Positions 1-10,475 of a DNA stretch of 29,541 bases are shown piece after piece; within the stretch, counting starts at the first letter, position 1, and every line of letters starts with the position of its first letter. Both the position numbers and the translations under genes were made by a program. The notes beneath the pieces are model-generated. The model was given only the letters and a program-made list of their open reading frames with translations, had not been told where the DNA came from and searched no databases. Source of the stretch: Bdellovibrionales bacterium (lineage in GTDB: Bacteria > Bdellovibrionota > Bdellovibrionia > Bdellovibrionales > DASUEL01); contig JBFWOZ010000035.1 in NCBI GenBank assembly GCA_050250255.1, positions 1 through 29,541 of the forward strand, given 5' to 3'.

Positions 1-1
1 A

Positions 2-685
2 GAGTTCACTCCAAGTGGCCAAAATGAATTTGTTGTAAAACCTGCGGGCGCAAGAGCTCTCGAATATTTTGTTTACTCTAAAGACAACAAACGTCCCGTT
101 AAAAAAGGAAAAATCACCATCGGTGAAACCATCAACACAGGCTGGATGAATCTTCAGTTTCGACTTCTTAATTATTACCCTCACGCCGAAATGAAAAACG
201 AGTTCGTGGAACTTGAGAAACCGACTCCGGTGACAACTTCCGCTGTGGAAGTTCAATTTCAAGGCAAAAAGCAATGGATGGCTCTGAACTCAATTTTAAA
301 GTTCTTTACCGACAAAGAAGCTTTTTTAGTTCGTTACGGAAACAAAATGCTCGATATCGGTTTCAACATGACTCTCAAAAAATTTGAAATAGGTCGTTAT
401 CAAGGAACTTCTCGTGCCGCCAGTTATAAAAGTTTTGTGGAAGTCGAAGGACTTGGTGAACGAGAGATCTACATGAACGAACCGCTGAAACATAATGGTT
501 ACACGATTTACCAAGCGTCTTTTCAAGAGGATCCGCAGACGGGTGAGCCCAATGCATCGATCCTTTCGGTGAACTACGATCCGGGCCGCTGGTGGAAGTA
601 CATGGGATGTTTGTTTATTGTTCTTGGAAGTTTGCTTATGTTCTATTGGGGCGGTTATTTTAAGAAACCTGCAAAAGTGGAATAA
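2..685 (+). CDS. resB: ResB/CcsB-like cytochrome c biogenesis protein, 5'-truncated by the window edge
   Basis: The frame is open from position 2 into the 146..685 ORF. The C-terminal IYMNEPLKHNGYTIYQASF...LSVNYDPG plus TM helix is typical of ResB-like proteins. It lies directly upstream of ccsA. Confidence 0.75.
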   Translation, partial: EFTPSGQNEFVVKPAGARALEYFVYSKDNKRPVKKGKITIGETINTGWMNLQFRLLNYYPHAEMKNEFVELEKPTPVTTSAVEVQFQGKKQWMALNSILKFFTDKEAFLVRYGNKMLDIGFNMTLKKFEIGRYQGTSRAASYKSFVEVEGLGEREIYMNEPLKHNGYTIYQASFQEDPQTGEPNASILSVNYDPGRWWKYMGCLFIVLGSLLMFYWGGYFKKPAKVE

Positions 686-698
686 AAAGGTGTCGAAG

Positions 699-2351
699 AT
701 GAAACAGTTTTTAATTTTGATGAGTGTTAGTTTTTTCTCGCAGTGGGCGCTTGCCACATCTCCTCTCGACAACCTGCCAATTCAAGATGCGGGACGATTG
801 AAGCCTTTTGATACTTTTGCTCGTGAGAGTTTGCAACTTGTCTATGGAAAAAGCACTTACAACGGGCAACCCGCGACAGACATCGTATTGACTTGGCTAA
901 TAGCGCCGGCGGCTTGGGACGACAAGGCTCTCGTAAAGATCAATCGAAAAGACATCAAAGAAAATTTAAAATTAGAAGTGAGTGAAAGTTATTTTGCAGC
1001 CAAAACACTTTTTGGTAACGAGCGACTGCCACTCTTGATCCAAGATCTACGCAATAAGCTCACGAATAAAGAGAAGCTCGATCCTTACTTTCAAGATGTA
1101 CAGAAGTTAGAAAACCAACTGTCTCTCTATCGTGCGCTCACGATGGGAATGGCCCTGCGTTTCGTTCCACCAAAAGAAGGTGAAACTTGGAAGTCCGTAA
1201 ACGAGTTTGACGAAGCTTGGCTCCAGAATTTTGGCGAAATCACCAAAGCATTTATCACTTACGTTTCACATAAAGATGGCTCGGGGAGTGATTCGCCAGA
1301 GTTTCTTCAGAAAGCCGAAGCGGATTTGCAAGCGGCGGTAAAAGGCTTTCAAGAGAAAGCGCGTGCGGAAAATCCAAATCTTTATCCACCAGAAAAAGAC
1401 ATCCAAATTGAAGTTCACTACAATCGCTTAGATCCATTCAAATGGGCTTGGATTGCTTATTTACTTACGGCCTTACTCTTCTCTTTTTATATGATTCAGG
1501 CGCAGCCAAACCCCATGCTTTATCGTTTGGGATGGTTCTTTGCGATCGCGGGTTTTGCGATGCACACCTACGGGTTTGTGCTTCGCTGCTACCTTACGGG
1601 ACGTCCGCCGGTTTCGAATATGTATGAGTCAGTGATTTGGGTTTCGTGGGGAGCCATTTTCTTTGGGTGTATCTTTGAGTGGGTCTACAAAAAAGTATTT
1701 CCACTTTTGTCGGCAACGATTGTGGGAGTGTTGTGTCTCATCGTCGCTTCCCTTGCGCCCAATATCTTAGATCCAAGCCTTCAACCTTTAGAGCCTGTTC
1801 TTCGCAGCAATATGTGGTTGATGATTCATGTGCTCACAATCACGCTTTCTTACTCCGCCTTTTTCTTAGCACTTTTGATGGCGGATTTAGGGCTAGTTTA
1901 TTTCTTGCGCTCAGGTTTTGAGAAAAAAGCCAACGAACTCGCGCAGACGACTTATCGGGTAATTCAGATCGGTGTTGTGCTTCTTTTTGCTGGAACAGTT
2001 TTGGGCGGAATTTGGGCTGACTATTCTTGGGGACGATTCTGGGGATGGGATCCAAAAGAGACTTGGGCCTTCATTGCCTTCATGGGTTATATCGCGGTGT
2101 TACATGCGAAAAAAGGTGGTTACATCCATAACTTCGGATTTTTAGTTGCAGCGATTATTTCATTTTCTTTGGTCCTCATGGCTTGGTATGGAGTGAACTA
2201 CGTATTGGGTGTAGGCCTACATTCATACGGGTTTGGCGGCGGAGGAGTTCCTTATGTTGCGGCTTTTATTGCGGCTCACTTAGTGTATGTGTCCTTTGTA
2301 ATAACGGTTTACCGAAGTCGTAAAAAAGCGAAATCACTGGGGCAATCTTAA
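699..2351 (+). CDS. ccsA: Cytochrome c biogenesis protein CcsA (system II) with N-terminal periplasmic domain
   Basis: WWD motif (WADYSWGRFWGWDPKETWA), conserved His residues (IHV, GLHSY) and many TM helices. Start placed at ATG 699 (SD-like aaggtg upstream, signal-peptide-like MKQFLILMSVSFFSQWALA). Confidence 0.93.
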   Translation: MKQFLILMSVSFFSQWALATSPLDNLPIQDAGRLKPFDTFARESLQLVYGKSTYNGQPATDIVLTWLIAPAAWDDKALVKINRKDIKENLKLEVSESYFAAKTLFGNERLPLLIQDLRNKLTNKEKLDPYFQDVQKLENQLSLYRALTMGMALRFVPPKEGETWKSVNEFDEAWLQNFGEITKAFITYVSHKDGSGSDSPEFLQKAEADLQAAVKGFQEKARAENPNLYPPEKDIQIEVHYNRLDPFKWAWIAYLLTALLFSFYMIQAQPNPMLYRLGWFFAIAGFAMHTYGFVLRCYLTGRPPVSNMYESVIWVSWGAIFFGCIFEWVYKKVFPLLSATIVGVLCLIVASLAPNILDPSLQPLEPVLRSNMWLMIHVLTITLSYSAFFLALLMADLGLVYFLRSGFEKKANELAQTTYRVIQIGVVLLFAGTVLGGIWADYSWGRFWGWDPKETWAFIAFMGYIAVLHAKKGGYIHNFGFLVAAIISFSLVLMAWYGVNYVLGVGLHSYGFGGGGVPYVAAFIAAHLVYVSFVITVYRSRKKAKSLGQS

Positions 2352-2385
2352 AAAGTTCACGCATGACATTAAAAAAAAAGATGAC

Positions 2386-2394
2386 TGATATAAT
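2386..2394 (+). promoter_or_regulatory. Extended -10 promoter element (TGnTATAAT) upstream of the act operon
   Basis: tgatataat at 2386-2394, about 50 nt before the actA start. Confidence 0.55.
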
Positions 2395-2443
2395 TTCGCA
2401 CAGTAGCTTTAAATGAAAATCTATTGGGAATGGGATTTTACTC

Positions 2444-2998
2444 ATGAAAGACGCAGCAGCTTGTCCAATTTCATCCTTTCGTTCACTCCTTTTGATCGGA
2501 ATTTTGGTACTACTTCCTAGTTTGTACCTCACCGGTTGCAAGTCTGAAGGCATGTCCGTGGGATACAACCAGGGATATCAACCGGAGCAACCGCTTCCAT
2601 TTCAGCATTCACTACACGCAGGAACTTATCAGATTCCTTGTCAGTATTGCCACGTAGGAACGGAAACCAGCCGTCACGCCACTGTGCCATCCCTAAATGT
2701 ATGTATGAATTGTCACGTCGCTGTCAAAACAGATAGTCCGTGGATCAAGCAGCTTCGTGAAGCCAACGAAAAAGGGATCTCTATTCCTTGGGTAAAAGTT
2801 CATATGCTTCCTGACTTTGTTCAGTTCAATCACAGCCCTCATATTAAAAAGGGTGTGGCTTGCCAAACTTGTCACGGACCTGTGGAAACAATGGATACAG
2901 TTTATCAACATGCGGACCTCTCAATGGGCTGGTGTGTGAACTGTCATCGCAAACCAGAACACAACGCTTCAATTAACTGTTCGACCTGTCACTACTAA
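2444..2998 (+). CDS. actA: Alternative complex III pentaheme cytochrome c subunit ActA
   Basis: Five CxxCH motifs (CQYCH, CMNCH, CQTCH, CVNCH, CSTCH), QPEQPLPFQHSLHAG and LPDFVQFNHSPH signatures; first gene of the cluster. Confidence 0.92.
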   Translation: MKDAAACPISSFRSLLLIGILVLLPSLYLTGCKSEGMSVGYNQGYQPEQPLPFQHSLHAGTYQIPCQYCHVGTETSRHATVPSLNVCMNCHVAVKTDSPWIKQLREANEKGISIPWVKVHMLPDFVQFNHSPHIKKGVACQTCHGPVETMDTVYQHADLSMGWCVNCHRKPEHNASINCSTCHY

Positions 2999-3012
2999 GA
3001 AGAGGACAACTC

Positions 3013-6000
3013 ATGGAAACCAGCAGTGAAAATACGTCACAAGCGAATCAGACGAATTTAGAAAAACCTCAGAAGTATTGGAAAAGTTTAGAAGAATACT
3101 GGGTAACACCCGAGTGGAAAGAACTTTCTGAGCGTGAGTTTCTCTCATCCCCTTGGTTTGAAGCCGATATCGAACAGTTTGAAAAGGAAGCTGGCGAAAA
3201 AGCTGAGAATAAAGGTCAGGCACAAGAGGGTTGGGCTCGTCGTGAGTTTTTAAAACTCATGGGTGCAAGTCTCGCATTAAGCTCCTTTGCTTGTGTTCGA
3301 CGACCGGTGCAAAAAATTGTTCCTTATGTTCAAGGTTCTCCAGATTTAACTCCTGGAATCGCAAATCATTATTCTTCTGTTTGGGTAGATAGAGGAGAGG
3401 CTTATGGTCTTCTCGTAAAAACTCGTGAAGGTCGACCTATTAAACTTGAAGGTCTTCCGAGTCATCCAAGCAATAGCGGTCGTCTTTCCGCGAGAGTGCA
3501 GGGGCAAGTTTTGGGTCTTTACGATCCAGATCGTCTCAATGGACCACGCAAATTTAATCATTTCGCAGCAGGCGAAGTGATTAAACCTGAAGACGCACAT
3601 CCATTTTATCCAGACCAGCCACATCCTTTCAGAAAAACACAAAGTCCAATTTGGGCCGATGTTGATAAAGAAGTGATGGCGACTTTAAAAGAGGGCGGAG
3701 TCGCTCTTTTGACAGGAAGTCTTGCTTCTCCTTCTACACAGTCTGTGATTCGTGATTTCTCAAGCGCCACCGGAGCGACTCACTTCGTGTGGGACGCTGT
3801 TGGTTATGACGATGTGAGAGATGGTCAAAAAGTTCCAAAACTTCGTTTTGATAAAGCAAAAGTGGTTGTGTCTATCGATACCGACTTCTTGGGCGCATAC
3901 CAATCTCCTGTAGAGTACGCAAAAGCGTTTGCTCAAAATCGTAAACCTGATGCAGGCATGAGTCGTCTCGTGGTTTTTGAATCCATCATGTCTCTTACAG
4001 GTATGAACGCAGACGAACGTCATCGCATTAAACCTTCTAAACAAATTGATGTCGTCATGGCCCTTCTTCACGCGGTGAGTGCAAGTGAATCCACCCGTGC
4101 TTTTGCGGAATCCACTAAAAAAATGGGTCTTGAAGAAGCGATCAAGTCGACAGCCCAAGCTCTTTTGCAAAATCGCGGAAAAAGTCTCGTTGTTGCTGGC
4201 GGTTTAAGCACACGCACTGAAGCTAGTGCCGATCTTCAAGCAGCTGTTAACGCTCTTAACTCGGTTCTCGGAAACGACGGAGCCACAATCGAGTACGGAG
4301 CAGGTGCATTTGTCGGTATTCAAGGTTCTAGCAAGCAGATGCAAGACCTCATCGCGCGTATGGAAAAAGGCCAAGTGAAAACACTTTTGATTCACAAGGT
4401 GAATCCTGTGTACGCGATGCCTGCAGATTCAAAATTCGTAGAAGCTCTTAAAAAAGTAAAAACGGTGATCTACTTCGGAGACCGTGTTGATGAAACAGGT
4501 CAATACTCAAAGTATGTTCTTCCTGATCATCACCCGCTTGAAAACTGGGGAGATGCAGAATCTCAAAGCGGCGTTATCAGCATTCAACAGCCAACAATTC
4601 GTCCTCTTTATGACACCCGCGCCTTTCAAGACAGTCTCTTGATTTGGTCTGGTCAGAAAATGTCTTGGTACGATTATCTTCGCAATCAGTGGAGTAAACG
4701 TGCTGGTGGCCGAGACGAAAATGCTTGGACCGAAACTCTTCAAGCAGGTTTTGTAGGCCAGGCTTCTTACAGTGGTGGTTCAAGATCTGCTCGAGGCAGT
4801 ATCGCTCAGATTAAGCCAAAAGCTTACGATGGTTATGAACTTGTGATGTACGAAAAAGCAGGAATCGGTGACGGTTCTTCGGCGAACATCGCTTGGCTTC
4901 AAGAGTTACCAGATCCTGTTTCAAAAGTTTGTTGGGACAACTACTTTATGATTTCTCCTGATACAGCGAAAGCCGGGAAGATCAAAGAAGGTGATGTTTT
5001 GAGCGTGAGCATCGGCGGAACAAAGCTTGAATTACCAGCTTACATCCAACCGGGCGTTCATGATCAAGTCATCGGGGTTGCGGTCGGTTACGGACGCACT
5101 CATGCTGGAAGTGTTGGAAACGGAATCGGCGGAAATGCTTTCACTCTTGCTTCTTGGAACCAAGGGGCGCCAATCTATTCTGGAATCAAAGTGACGTTTG
5201 AAAAGACAAGTCGTCATTCGCGCTTAGCAAATACACAAAGTCACTTCAATATGGAAGGCCGCCAAATCGTAGCGCAAGCAACTCTTGGCCAATTCCAAAA
5301 AGATCCAGAACATATTATTCACAGACATAAAACTTTCTCAATCTGGAACGACCACGAATACAAAGGTCATAAGTGGGGAATGTCGATTGATCTGAACACT
5401 TGTACTGGTTGTGCAGCCTGTGTTGTGGCCTGCCAAGCAGAAAACAACATTCCGGTTGTGGGCAAGAAGTACATCATTCAAGGTCGTGAAATGCACTGGA
5501 TGAGAATCGATCGCTACTACTTAGGAGAACCAAATAATCCTCAATCGGTGGTTCAGCCTATGCTTTGTCAACACTGTGACAACGCTCCTTGTGAGACGGT
5601 TTGTCCAGTAGCTGCAACCACTCACAGCGCAGAAGGTCTCAATGAGATGACTTATAATCGCTGTGTGGGAACACGTTACTGCTCGAACAACTGTCCGTTT
5701 AAAGTTCGTCGATTTAACTGGTTCAACTACGCAAAAATCAAAGAACCTCTCAATATGGTTCTCAATCCCGACGTGGGCGTACGCTCTCGTGGGGTAATGG
5801 AGAAGTGCACATTCTGTGTTCAGCGAATCACGGCTGGAAAAATGGATGCAAAACTTCAAGATCGTAAAGTCAAAGATGGCGAAATCAAAACGGCCTGTGA
5901 ACAGACGTGTCCAACTCAAGCGATCGTGTTTGGTGACATGAATGATCCAGGAAGCCGTGTTTCAAAACTCTTCAAAGAACAACGTACTTATGGAGTACTG

Positions 6001-6138
6001 GAAGAGTTTAACGTGAAGCCCTCTGTAAGATACATGGCAAAAATTCGCAATACGACAGCAGATGCAGGGGCTCACGGCCACAGTGAAAGTTCTGGTCATG
6101 GATCCTTATCTCAAGCGGATAAAGGTGGTGTGTCGTGA
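3013..6138 (+). CDS. actB: Alternative complex III subunit ActB (molybdopterin-oxidoreductase-like domain fused to Fe-S domain)
   Basis: N-terminal YWKSLEE, Tat motif RREFLK then lipobox-like SFAC. C-terminal ferredoxin motifs [41 protein letters not shown]...CEQTCP. Confidence 0.93.
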   Translation: METSSENTSQANQTNLEKPQKYWKSLEEYWVTPEWKELSEREFLSSPWFEADIEQFEKEAGEKAENKGQAQEGWARREFLKLMGASLALSSFACVRRPVQKIVPYVQGSPDLTPGIANHYSSVWVDRGEAYGLLVKTREGRPIKLEGLPSHPSNSGRLSARVQGQVLGLYDPDRLNGPRKFNHFAAGEVIKPEDAHPFYPDQPHPFRKTQSPIWADVDKEVMATLKEGGVALLTGSLASPSTQSVIRDFSSATGATHFVWDAVGYDDVRDGQKVPKLRFDKAKVVVSIDTDFLGAYQSPVEYAKAFAQNRKPDAGMSRLVVFESIMSLTGMNADERHRIKPSKQIDVVMALLHAVSASESTRAFAESTKKMGLEEAIKSTAQALLQNRGKSLVVAGGLSTRTEASADLQAAVNALNSVLGNDGATIEYGAGAFVGIQGSSKQMQDLIARMEKGQVKTLLIHKVNPVYAMPADSKFVEALKKVKTVIYFGDRVDETGQYSKYVLPDHHPLENWGDAESQSGVISIQQPTIRPLYDTRAFQDSLLIWSGQKMSWYDYLRNQWSKRAGGRDENAWTETLQAGFVGQASYSGGSRSARGSIAQIKPKAYDGYELVMYEKAGIGDGSSANIAWLQELPDPVSKVCWDNYFMISPDTAKAGKIKEGDVLSVSIGGTKLELPAYIQPGVHDQVIGVAVGYGRTHAGSVGNGIGGNAFTLASWNQGAPIYSGIKVTFEKTSRHSRLANTQSHFNMEGRQIVAQATLGQFQKDPEHIIHRHKTFSIWNDHEYKGHKWGMSIDLNTCTGCAACVVACQAENNIPVVGKKYIIQGREMHWMRIDRYYLGEPNNPQSVVQPMLCQHCDNAPCETVCPVAATTHSAEGLNEMTYNRCVGTRYCSNNCPFKVRRFNWFNYAKIKEPLNMVLNPDVGVRSRGVMEKCTFCVQRITAGKMDAKLQDRKVKDGEIKTACEQTCPTQAIVFGDMNDPGSRVSKLFKEQRTYGVLEEFNVKPSVRYMAKIRNTTADAGAHGHSESSGHGSLSQADKGGVS

Positions 6139-7490
6139 AAAAGAACGTCTTAATCGCAGGTAATAAAACTTATCACGATATTACTAATGATATCTGTCAG
6201 CCGATTGAAACTCTTCCTGGTAAAGGTTGGATCATGTACTTCATGGGGGCCAAAGGTCTCCTCCTGATCTGGCTTGTAACTCTCGGAAGTCTCGTGGGAA
6301 TTGGTCTCGGTCTCCTGGGTTTAAGTCATCCGGTAGGTTGGGGAACTGACATTACCACTTTCGTATTTTGGATCGGTATCGGTCACGCCGGGACACTGAT
6401 TTCAGCGATTCTTTTTCTCTTTCGACAAAAATGGAGAACGGGGATTAACCGAGCCGCAGAGGCGATGACGATCTTTGCGGTGATGACAGCGGGCCTTTAC
6501 CCACTGTTGCACACAGGTCGTCCTTGGCTTGCTTATTGGCTTCTCCCTTATCCGAACCAACGTGGACCTCTTTGGGTGAACTTCAACTCACCTCTTCTGT
6601 GGGACGTGTTTGCGGTTTCTACTTATATGACAGTGTCAGTTGTGTTTTGGTATATCGGGATGGTGCCGGATCTTGCGACGGTACGTGATCGCGCTAAAAA
6701 TAAAATTCGTAAGCTTGTTTACGGTGTTCTCTCCCTTGGTTGGAGAGGAACAAATCGTAACTGGCAACACTATGAAGCGACTTATTTGATCCTTGCGGGT
6801 CTCTCTACACCACTCGTTCTATCGGTTCACTCCATCGTATCCTTCGACTTCGCGGTTTCATTGCTTCCTGGTTGGCATACGACGATCTTTCCACCTTACT
6901 TCGTGGCCGGGGCGATTTTCTCTGGATTCGGGATGGTGGTCACGCTCATGATTCTTGTGCGTGAAGGTTATCCTGCAATTAAGGATTACATCACGATTGA
7001 TCACTTGGAAGTGATGAATAAGATCATCATGACCACAGGAATGATGGTGGGTTACGCCTACGCGTCGGAACTCTTCATCGCTTGGTATTCTGGAAATGAA
7101 TACGAACGATACGCTTTCCTCAATCGTGCCCTTGGACCTTACGCTTGGTCTTACTGGATCATGGTGACTTGTAACGTGATCATTCCTCAGCTTTTTTGGA
7201 TCAAGAGTATCCGAAGAAGTATAAAAGTCATGTTCGTGATTTCGATCTTTGTGAACATCGGAATGTGGTTCGAGCGTTTCGTGATTATTGTGACGTCTCT
7301 TCATCGCGACTTTTTACCAAGCTCGTGGGGGATGTATGAATTTACAATTTTTGACTTCGGTTTTGTTTTTGGAAGCTTCGGAATGTTTCTCGTTCTCTTC
7401 TTATTGTTCCTCCGAGCCCTTCCAATGATTGCGATTGCAGAAGTGAAGCCAGTATTGAGCGTCGGACGAGAGGGTAAACATCATGGCTAA
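6135..7490 (+). CDS. actC: Alternative complex III subunit ActC (NrfD/PsrC family)
   Basis: [34 protein letters not shown] and WFERF motifs; GTG start overlaps the actB stop. Confidence 0.93.
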   Translation: MKKNVLIAGNKTYHDITNDICQPIETLPGKGWIMYFMGAKGLLLIWLVTLGSLVGIGLGLLGLSHPVGWGTDITTFVFWIGIGHAGTLISAILFLFRQKWRTGINRAAEAMTIFAVMTAGLYPLLHTGRPWLAYWLLPYPNQRGPLWVNFNSPLLWDVFAVSTYMTVSVVFWYIGMVPDLATVRDRAKNKIRKLVYGVLSLGWRGTNRNWQHYEATYLILAGLSTPLVLSVHSIVSFDFAVSLLPGWHTTIFPPYFVAGAIFSGFGMVVTLMILVREGYPAIKDYITIDHLEVMNKIIMTTGMMVGYAYASELFIAWYSGNEYERYAFLNRALGPYAWSYWIMVTCNVIIPQLFWIKSIRRSIKVMFVISIFVNIGMWFERFVIIVTSLHRDFLPSSWGMYEFTIFDFGFVFGSFGMFLVLFLLFLRALPMIAIAEVKPVLSVGREGKHHG

Positions 7491-8007
7491 AAAAGTAGGT
7501 GGATTGTTAGGCATCTGGTCGAACGAACACGATGTTTTAGAGGCAGCACACAAGGTGCGAGAAGCAGGTTTTAAAAAATTTGATGCGATCACTCCTTTTC
7601 CAATTCATGGAATGGACGATGCCATTGGACTTCATCGCTCTAAAATTCCGATTGTGACTTTCCTCGCGGCTCTTTTTGGTACTTGCGCGGGTCTTGGACT
7701 TCAAAGTTATATTCTTGTTTGGGATTGGCCTCTTTTGATCGGTGGTAAGCCACATTTTTCTTTGCCGGCATTTATTCCGATCATTTTTGAAACCACCATT
7801 CTTTTTGGTGCTTTGATCACTGTAGGTACAATGCTCGCGTGGAATGGTCTTCCTAACATCAATGCAAAAATTGCGGACCCTCGTTTGACGGATGATAAGT
7901 TTGCGCTTTTCATTCCAGAAGACGACATAGGTTATGAAGTGGGAAAAATCGATAAGCTTTTTCAGCAACTCGGTGCTGAAGAAGTGAAGAAAGTGGAGGA
8001 GTTCTAA
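7483..8007 (+). CDS. actD: Alternative complex III subunit ActD (DUF3341)
   Basis: [12 protein letters not shown] and WPLLIGGKP...FIPIIFE motifs, two TM helices, expected position in the cluster. Confidence 0.9.
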   Translation: MAKKVGGLLGIWSNEHDVLEAAHKVREAGFKKFDAITPFPIHGMDDAIGLHRSKIPIVTFLAALFGTCAGLGLQSYILVWDWPLLIGGKPHFSLPAFIPIIFETTILFGALITVGTMLAWNGLPNINAKIADPRLTDDKFALFIPEDDIGYEVGKIDKLFQQLGAEEVKKVEEF

Positions 8008-8547
8008 ATGACGTCCTTAAATAGAATTCTTCCCACACTTCTTGTTGCAGTGGCTGTTACGAGCTGTACAAAGAAAGAACCAAACGTCGAGCTCATTCAA
8101 GACATGATGGAGTCTCCAGCGGTGAAAGCTCAGGATTATAATCCTCGTCGTTCTGGTGAAATGGCTAACATGGTTCCTCCTGAAGGTACAGTGGCTGTCG
8201 GTCACGCTCCTTATAAATACAAAGGTAAACCGGAAGATGCAGAGAGAGCTTTAACGAATCCTTTAGAGGCTACAGAAGCAGTTCTTGCTCGCGGTAAAAT
8301 GAAATTTGAAACTTACTGCTTTCCTTGTCACGGAAGTGCAGGAGATGGAAAAGGTCCTGTAGCACCAAAGTTTATGGTTCCGGTTCCTTCTTTACTGACG
8401 GATAAAGCAAAAGCTTACCGTGACGGACGTCTCTTCCATATCATCACTGACGGCCAAGGGGTGATGGGATCCTATGCTTCTCAGATCAAGGATCAAAAAG
8501 ATCGTTGGGCCATTGTTCACTACATTAGAAGTTTGCAGAAAAAGTAG
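8008..8547 (+). CDS. actE: Alternative complex III monoheme cytochrome c lipoprotein ActE
   Basis: Lipobox (AVTSC), single CFPCH, distal Met in GVMGSY, DRWAIVHYIRSLQ ending. Confidence 0.9.
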   Translation: MTSLNRILPTLLVAVAVTSCTKKEPNVELIQDMMESPAVKAQDYNPRRSGEMANMVPPEGTVAVGHAPYKYKGKPEDAERALTNPLEATEAVLARGKMKFETYCFPCHGSAGDGKGPVAPKFMVPVPSLLTDKAKAYRDGRLFHIITDGQGVMGSYASQIKDQKDRWAIVHYIRSLQKK

Positions 8548-8557
8548 GAGTTAAAAT

Positions 8558-9757
8558 ATGAGTTCGCCGAAACATTCTATGAATCACAGCGCGGTTCCCT
8601 TCGAAGTCTCTAGTCAGGCGAAAATCGCTTCCTACGTTCTGATCGTGATTGGAGCTGCCACTTTTATCGGTGGTATGATGACGGCTCCGAGCAAACTTTG
8701 GCCAGCGTACTTGGCAGCCTTCTTTTTCTTCACAAGTCTTTCTTTAGGTGGTCTTTTCTTTACGGCGATTCATCATGTAACGAACGCTGCTTGGGGAACG
8801 ACGATTCGTCGTTATGCAGAGGCTTTGACTTCTTTCCTACCGATCGCTTTCATTTTAGGTATGGTGCTGGTGTTTTTAGGTGCGAATCATCTCTATGAGT
8901 GGCTCAATCCGGAAATCGTCGCTAATGATCCTCTCATTCAAAAGAAAGTGGCTTACCTCAACAAACCTTTCTTTATTGTGAGACAAGTTGTTTTCTTCGT
9001 TATTTGGATGCTGTTTGCTTTTTCTATTGTGAAAAAATCTTTAAAGCAGGACGAAACGGGCGAAGAATCGCTCTCTCTGAAAAACGTAGGTTCAAGCATT
9101 GCCTTTTTGATTCTCTTTGCACTCTCTTACTCTTTATTTAGCGTCGATCTTTTGATGAGCTTAGATGCAAAATGGTATTCGACAATGTTTGGGGTTTACG
9201 CTTTTGCAGGTCTATTCCAGTCTACTTTAGCAGCACTCATTCTTGTGACTCTTTGGATTATGAGCACAGGTAAGATCAAAAACTACGTCAATGAAAACCA
9301 TGTGCATGACGTGGCAAAACTCCTGTTCGCATTCACCGTATTTTACGCCTATATTGCGTTTTCACAATTCATGCTTATTTGGTACGCGAACATTCCAGAA
9401 GAGACGGAGTACTACCTCCATCGTGCTCACGGCCCTTGGATGTCTATTTCGATCAGTCTTTTGGTTTTTAAGTTTCTCATTCCATTCTTCGCGTTGATGC
9501 CAAGACCGAACAAGAGAAACCCTAAAGTTCTCATCTTCGTCTGTCTTTTGCTTCTTGTGATGCAATATGTGGATATTTATTGGCTGATTTACCCAAGTCT
9601 TAACGACGGTCACCCAGTGTTTTCGTTCTGGGAAGTAGGGATGTTCCTAGGGTTCTTAGGACTCTTCTTATTATCGGTTTACCGATTCTTAGGAGCGAAT
9701 TCGCTAGTGCCTTACCGCGATCCACGATTGAACGATTCGCTTCATCACCACATTTAA
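8558..9757 (+). CDS. actF: Alternative complex III subunit ActF
   Basis: Polytopic membrane protein with WYSTMFG and FSQFMLIWYANIPEET signatures. Confidence 0.9.
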   Translation: MSSPKHSMNHSAVPFEVSSQAKIASYVLIVIGAATFIGGMMTAPSKLWPAYLAAFFFFTSLSLGGLFFTAIHHVTNAAWGTTIRRYAEALTSFLPIAFILGMVLVFLGANHLYEWLNPEIVANDPLIQKKVAYLNKPFFIVRQVVFFVIWMLFAFSIVKKSLKQDETGEESLSLKNVGSSIAFLILFALSYSLFSVDLLMSLDAKWYSTMFGVYAFAGLFQSTLAALILVTLWIMSTGKIKNYVNENHVHDVAKLLFAFTVFYAYIAFSQFMLIWYANIPEETEYYLHRAHGPWMSISISLLVFKFLIPFFALMPRPNKRNPKVLIFVCLLLLVMQYVDIYWLIYPSLNDGHPVFSFWEVGMFLGFLGLFLLSVYRFLGANSLVPYRDPRLNDSLHHHI

Positions 9758-9808
9758 TTTCAAGCCTCTCTTTTGCAGTCTAACTGCTTGATAAGAAAGA
9801 GAGGTGTT

Positions 9809-10282
9809 ATGAATCAATTTATGCGAGCTTCGTTGACGTTTATTGTCTGCGTGTTCATTTCCTTTTCAGCTCATTTCTCAAAGGCTGGGGAAATTTCGTC
9901 GACTCTTTATGGTTTAACGCAATTAACTTTTGAATCTGCCAATGCTGAAGTTATTCGTGAGCAGATTGTTCGTGAGCCTCTGAATATAAGTTGTGGTGCA
10001 AGAGGATTGGTTCTCGGCCAAATATGGGTGATATCGACACTTATTAAACGTTCTGCCGAAACCTATTATCTTAAAAATCACAGTTATCAACCGCAGCCTG
10101 AAGTTAAAGCTAAGCTCGATTTAGCGTCTAAGATAGCCTTAGATGCGGAAGTTTTATCAAATTACGGAATGGATCGGGGAGATGCTTGTAGCTCAGAGCG
10201 CGCAGGCAAAATCTCGAAAGAGTCATTTGCGAGGGCTACTGAGCTTTTGGGTAAACTTTTAAATTCAATTAGGACCTTTTAA
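9809..10282 (+). CDS. Hypothetical secreted protein
   Basis: ATG 9809 follows SD gaggtg; signal-peptide-like N-terminus; no family recognised. Confidence 0.65.
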   Translation: MNQFMRASLTFIVCVFISFSAHFSKAGEISSTLYGLTQLTFESANAEVIREQIVREPLNISCGARGLVLGQIWVISTLIKRSAETYYLKNHSYQPQPEVKAKLDLASKIALDAEVLSNYGMDRGDACSSERAGKISKESFARATELLGKLLNSIRTF

Positions 10283-10313
10283 CAGTTCTTCTGCAACCCA
10301 TGATGCTAACATA

Positions 10314-10445
10314 AGAGGAAACCAAGGAAATGCCGACGGGTGTTAGTTTTGATCTTTCCCAAGTCAAAAACTGCTGGCAAAGAGTCGGCAATTGGACTAT
10401 CTTGGCTATATGCATAGCGGTAGAAAACCGACATTTCATTCCTCT
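10314..10445 (+). ncRNA. Candidate structured RNA in the thrS upstream region
   Basis: Nested complementary segments found by eye: agaggaa/ttcctct, ccaag/cttgg, tgccgac/gtcggca, plus two small hairpins. No family recognised. Confidence 0.3.
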
Positions 10446-10475
10446 GATTTATCAATGACCACCACGTTTTAATCA

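Noticed and set aside
3013..6138. Active molybdoenzyme
   Set aside because: Context and the fused Fe-S domain identify ActB, which is known not to bind molybdopterin.
9809..10282. ActG subunit
   Set aside because: No recognisable similarity, and it looks like a cleaved secreted protein; position alone is insufficient.
10283..10475. T-box or lysine riboswitch upstream of thrS
   Set aside because: No UGGNACC antiterminator bulge, and only short chance-level matches (AGAGG, GCCGA) to lysine riboswitch motifs.
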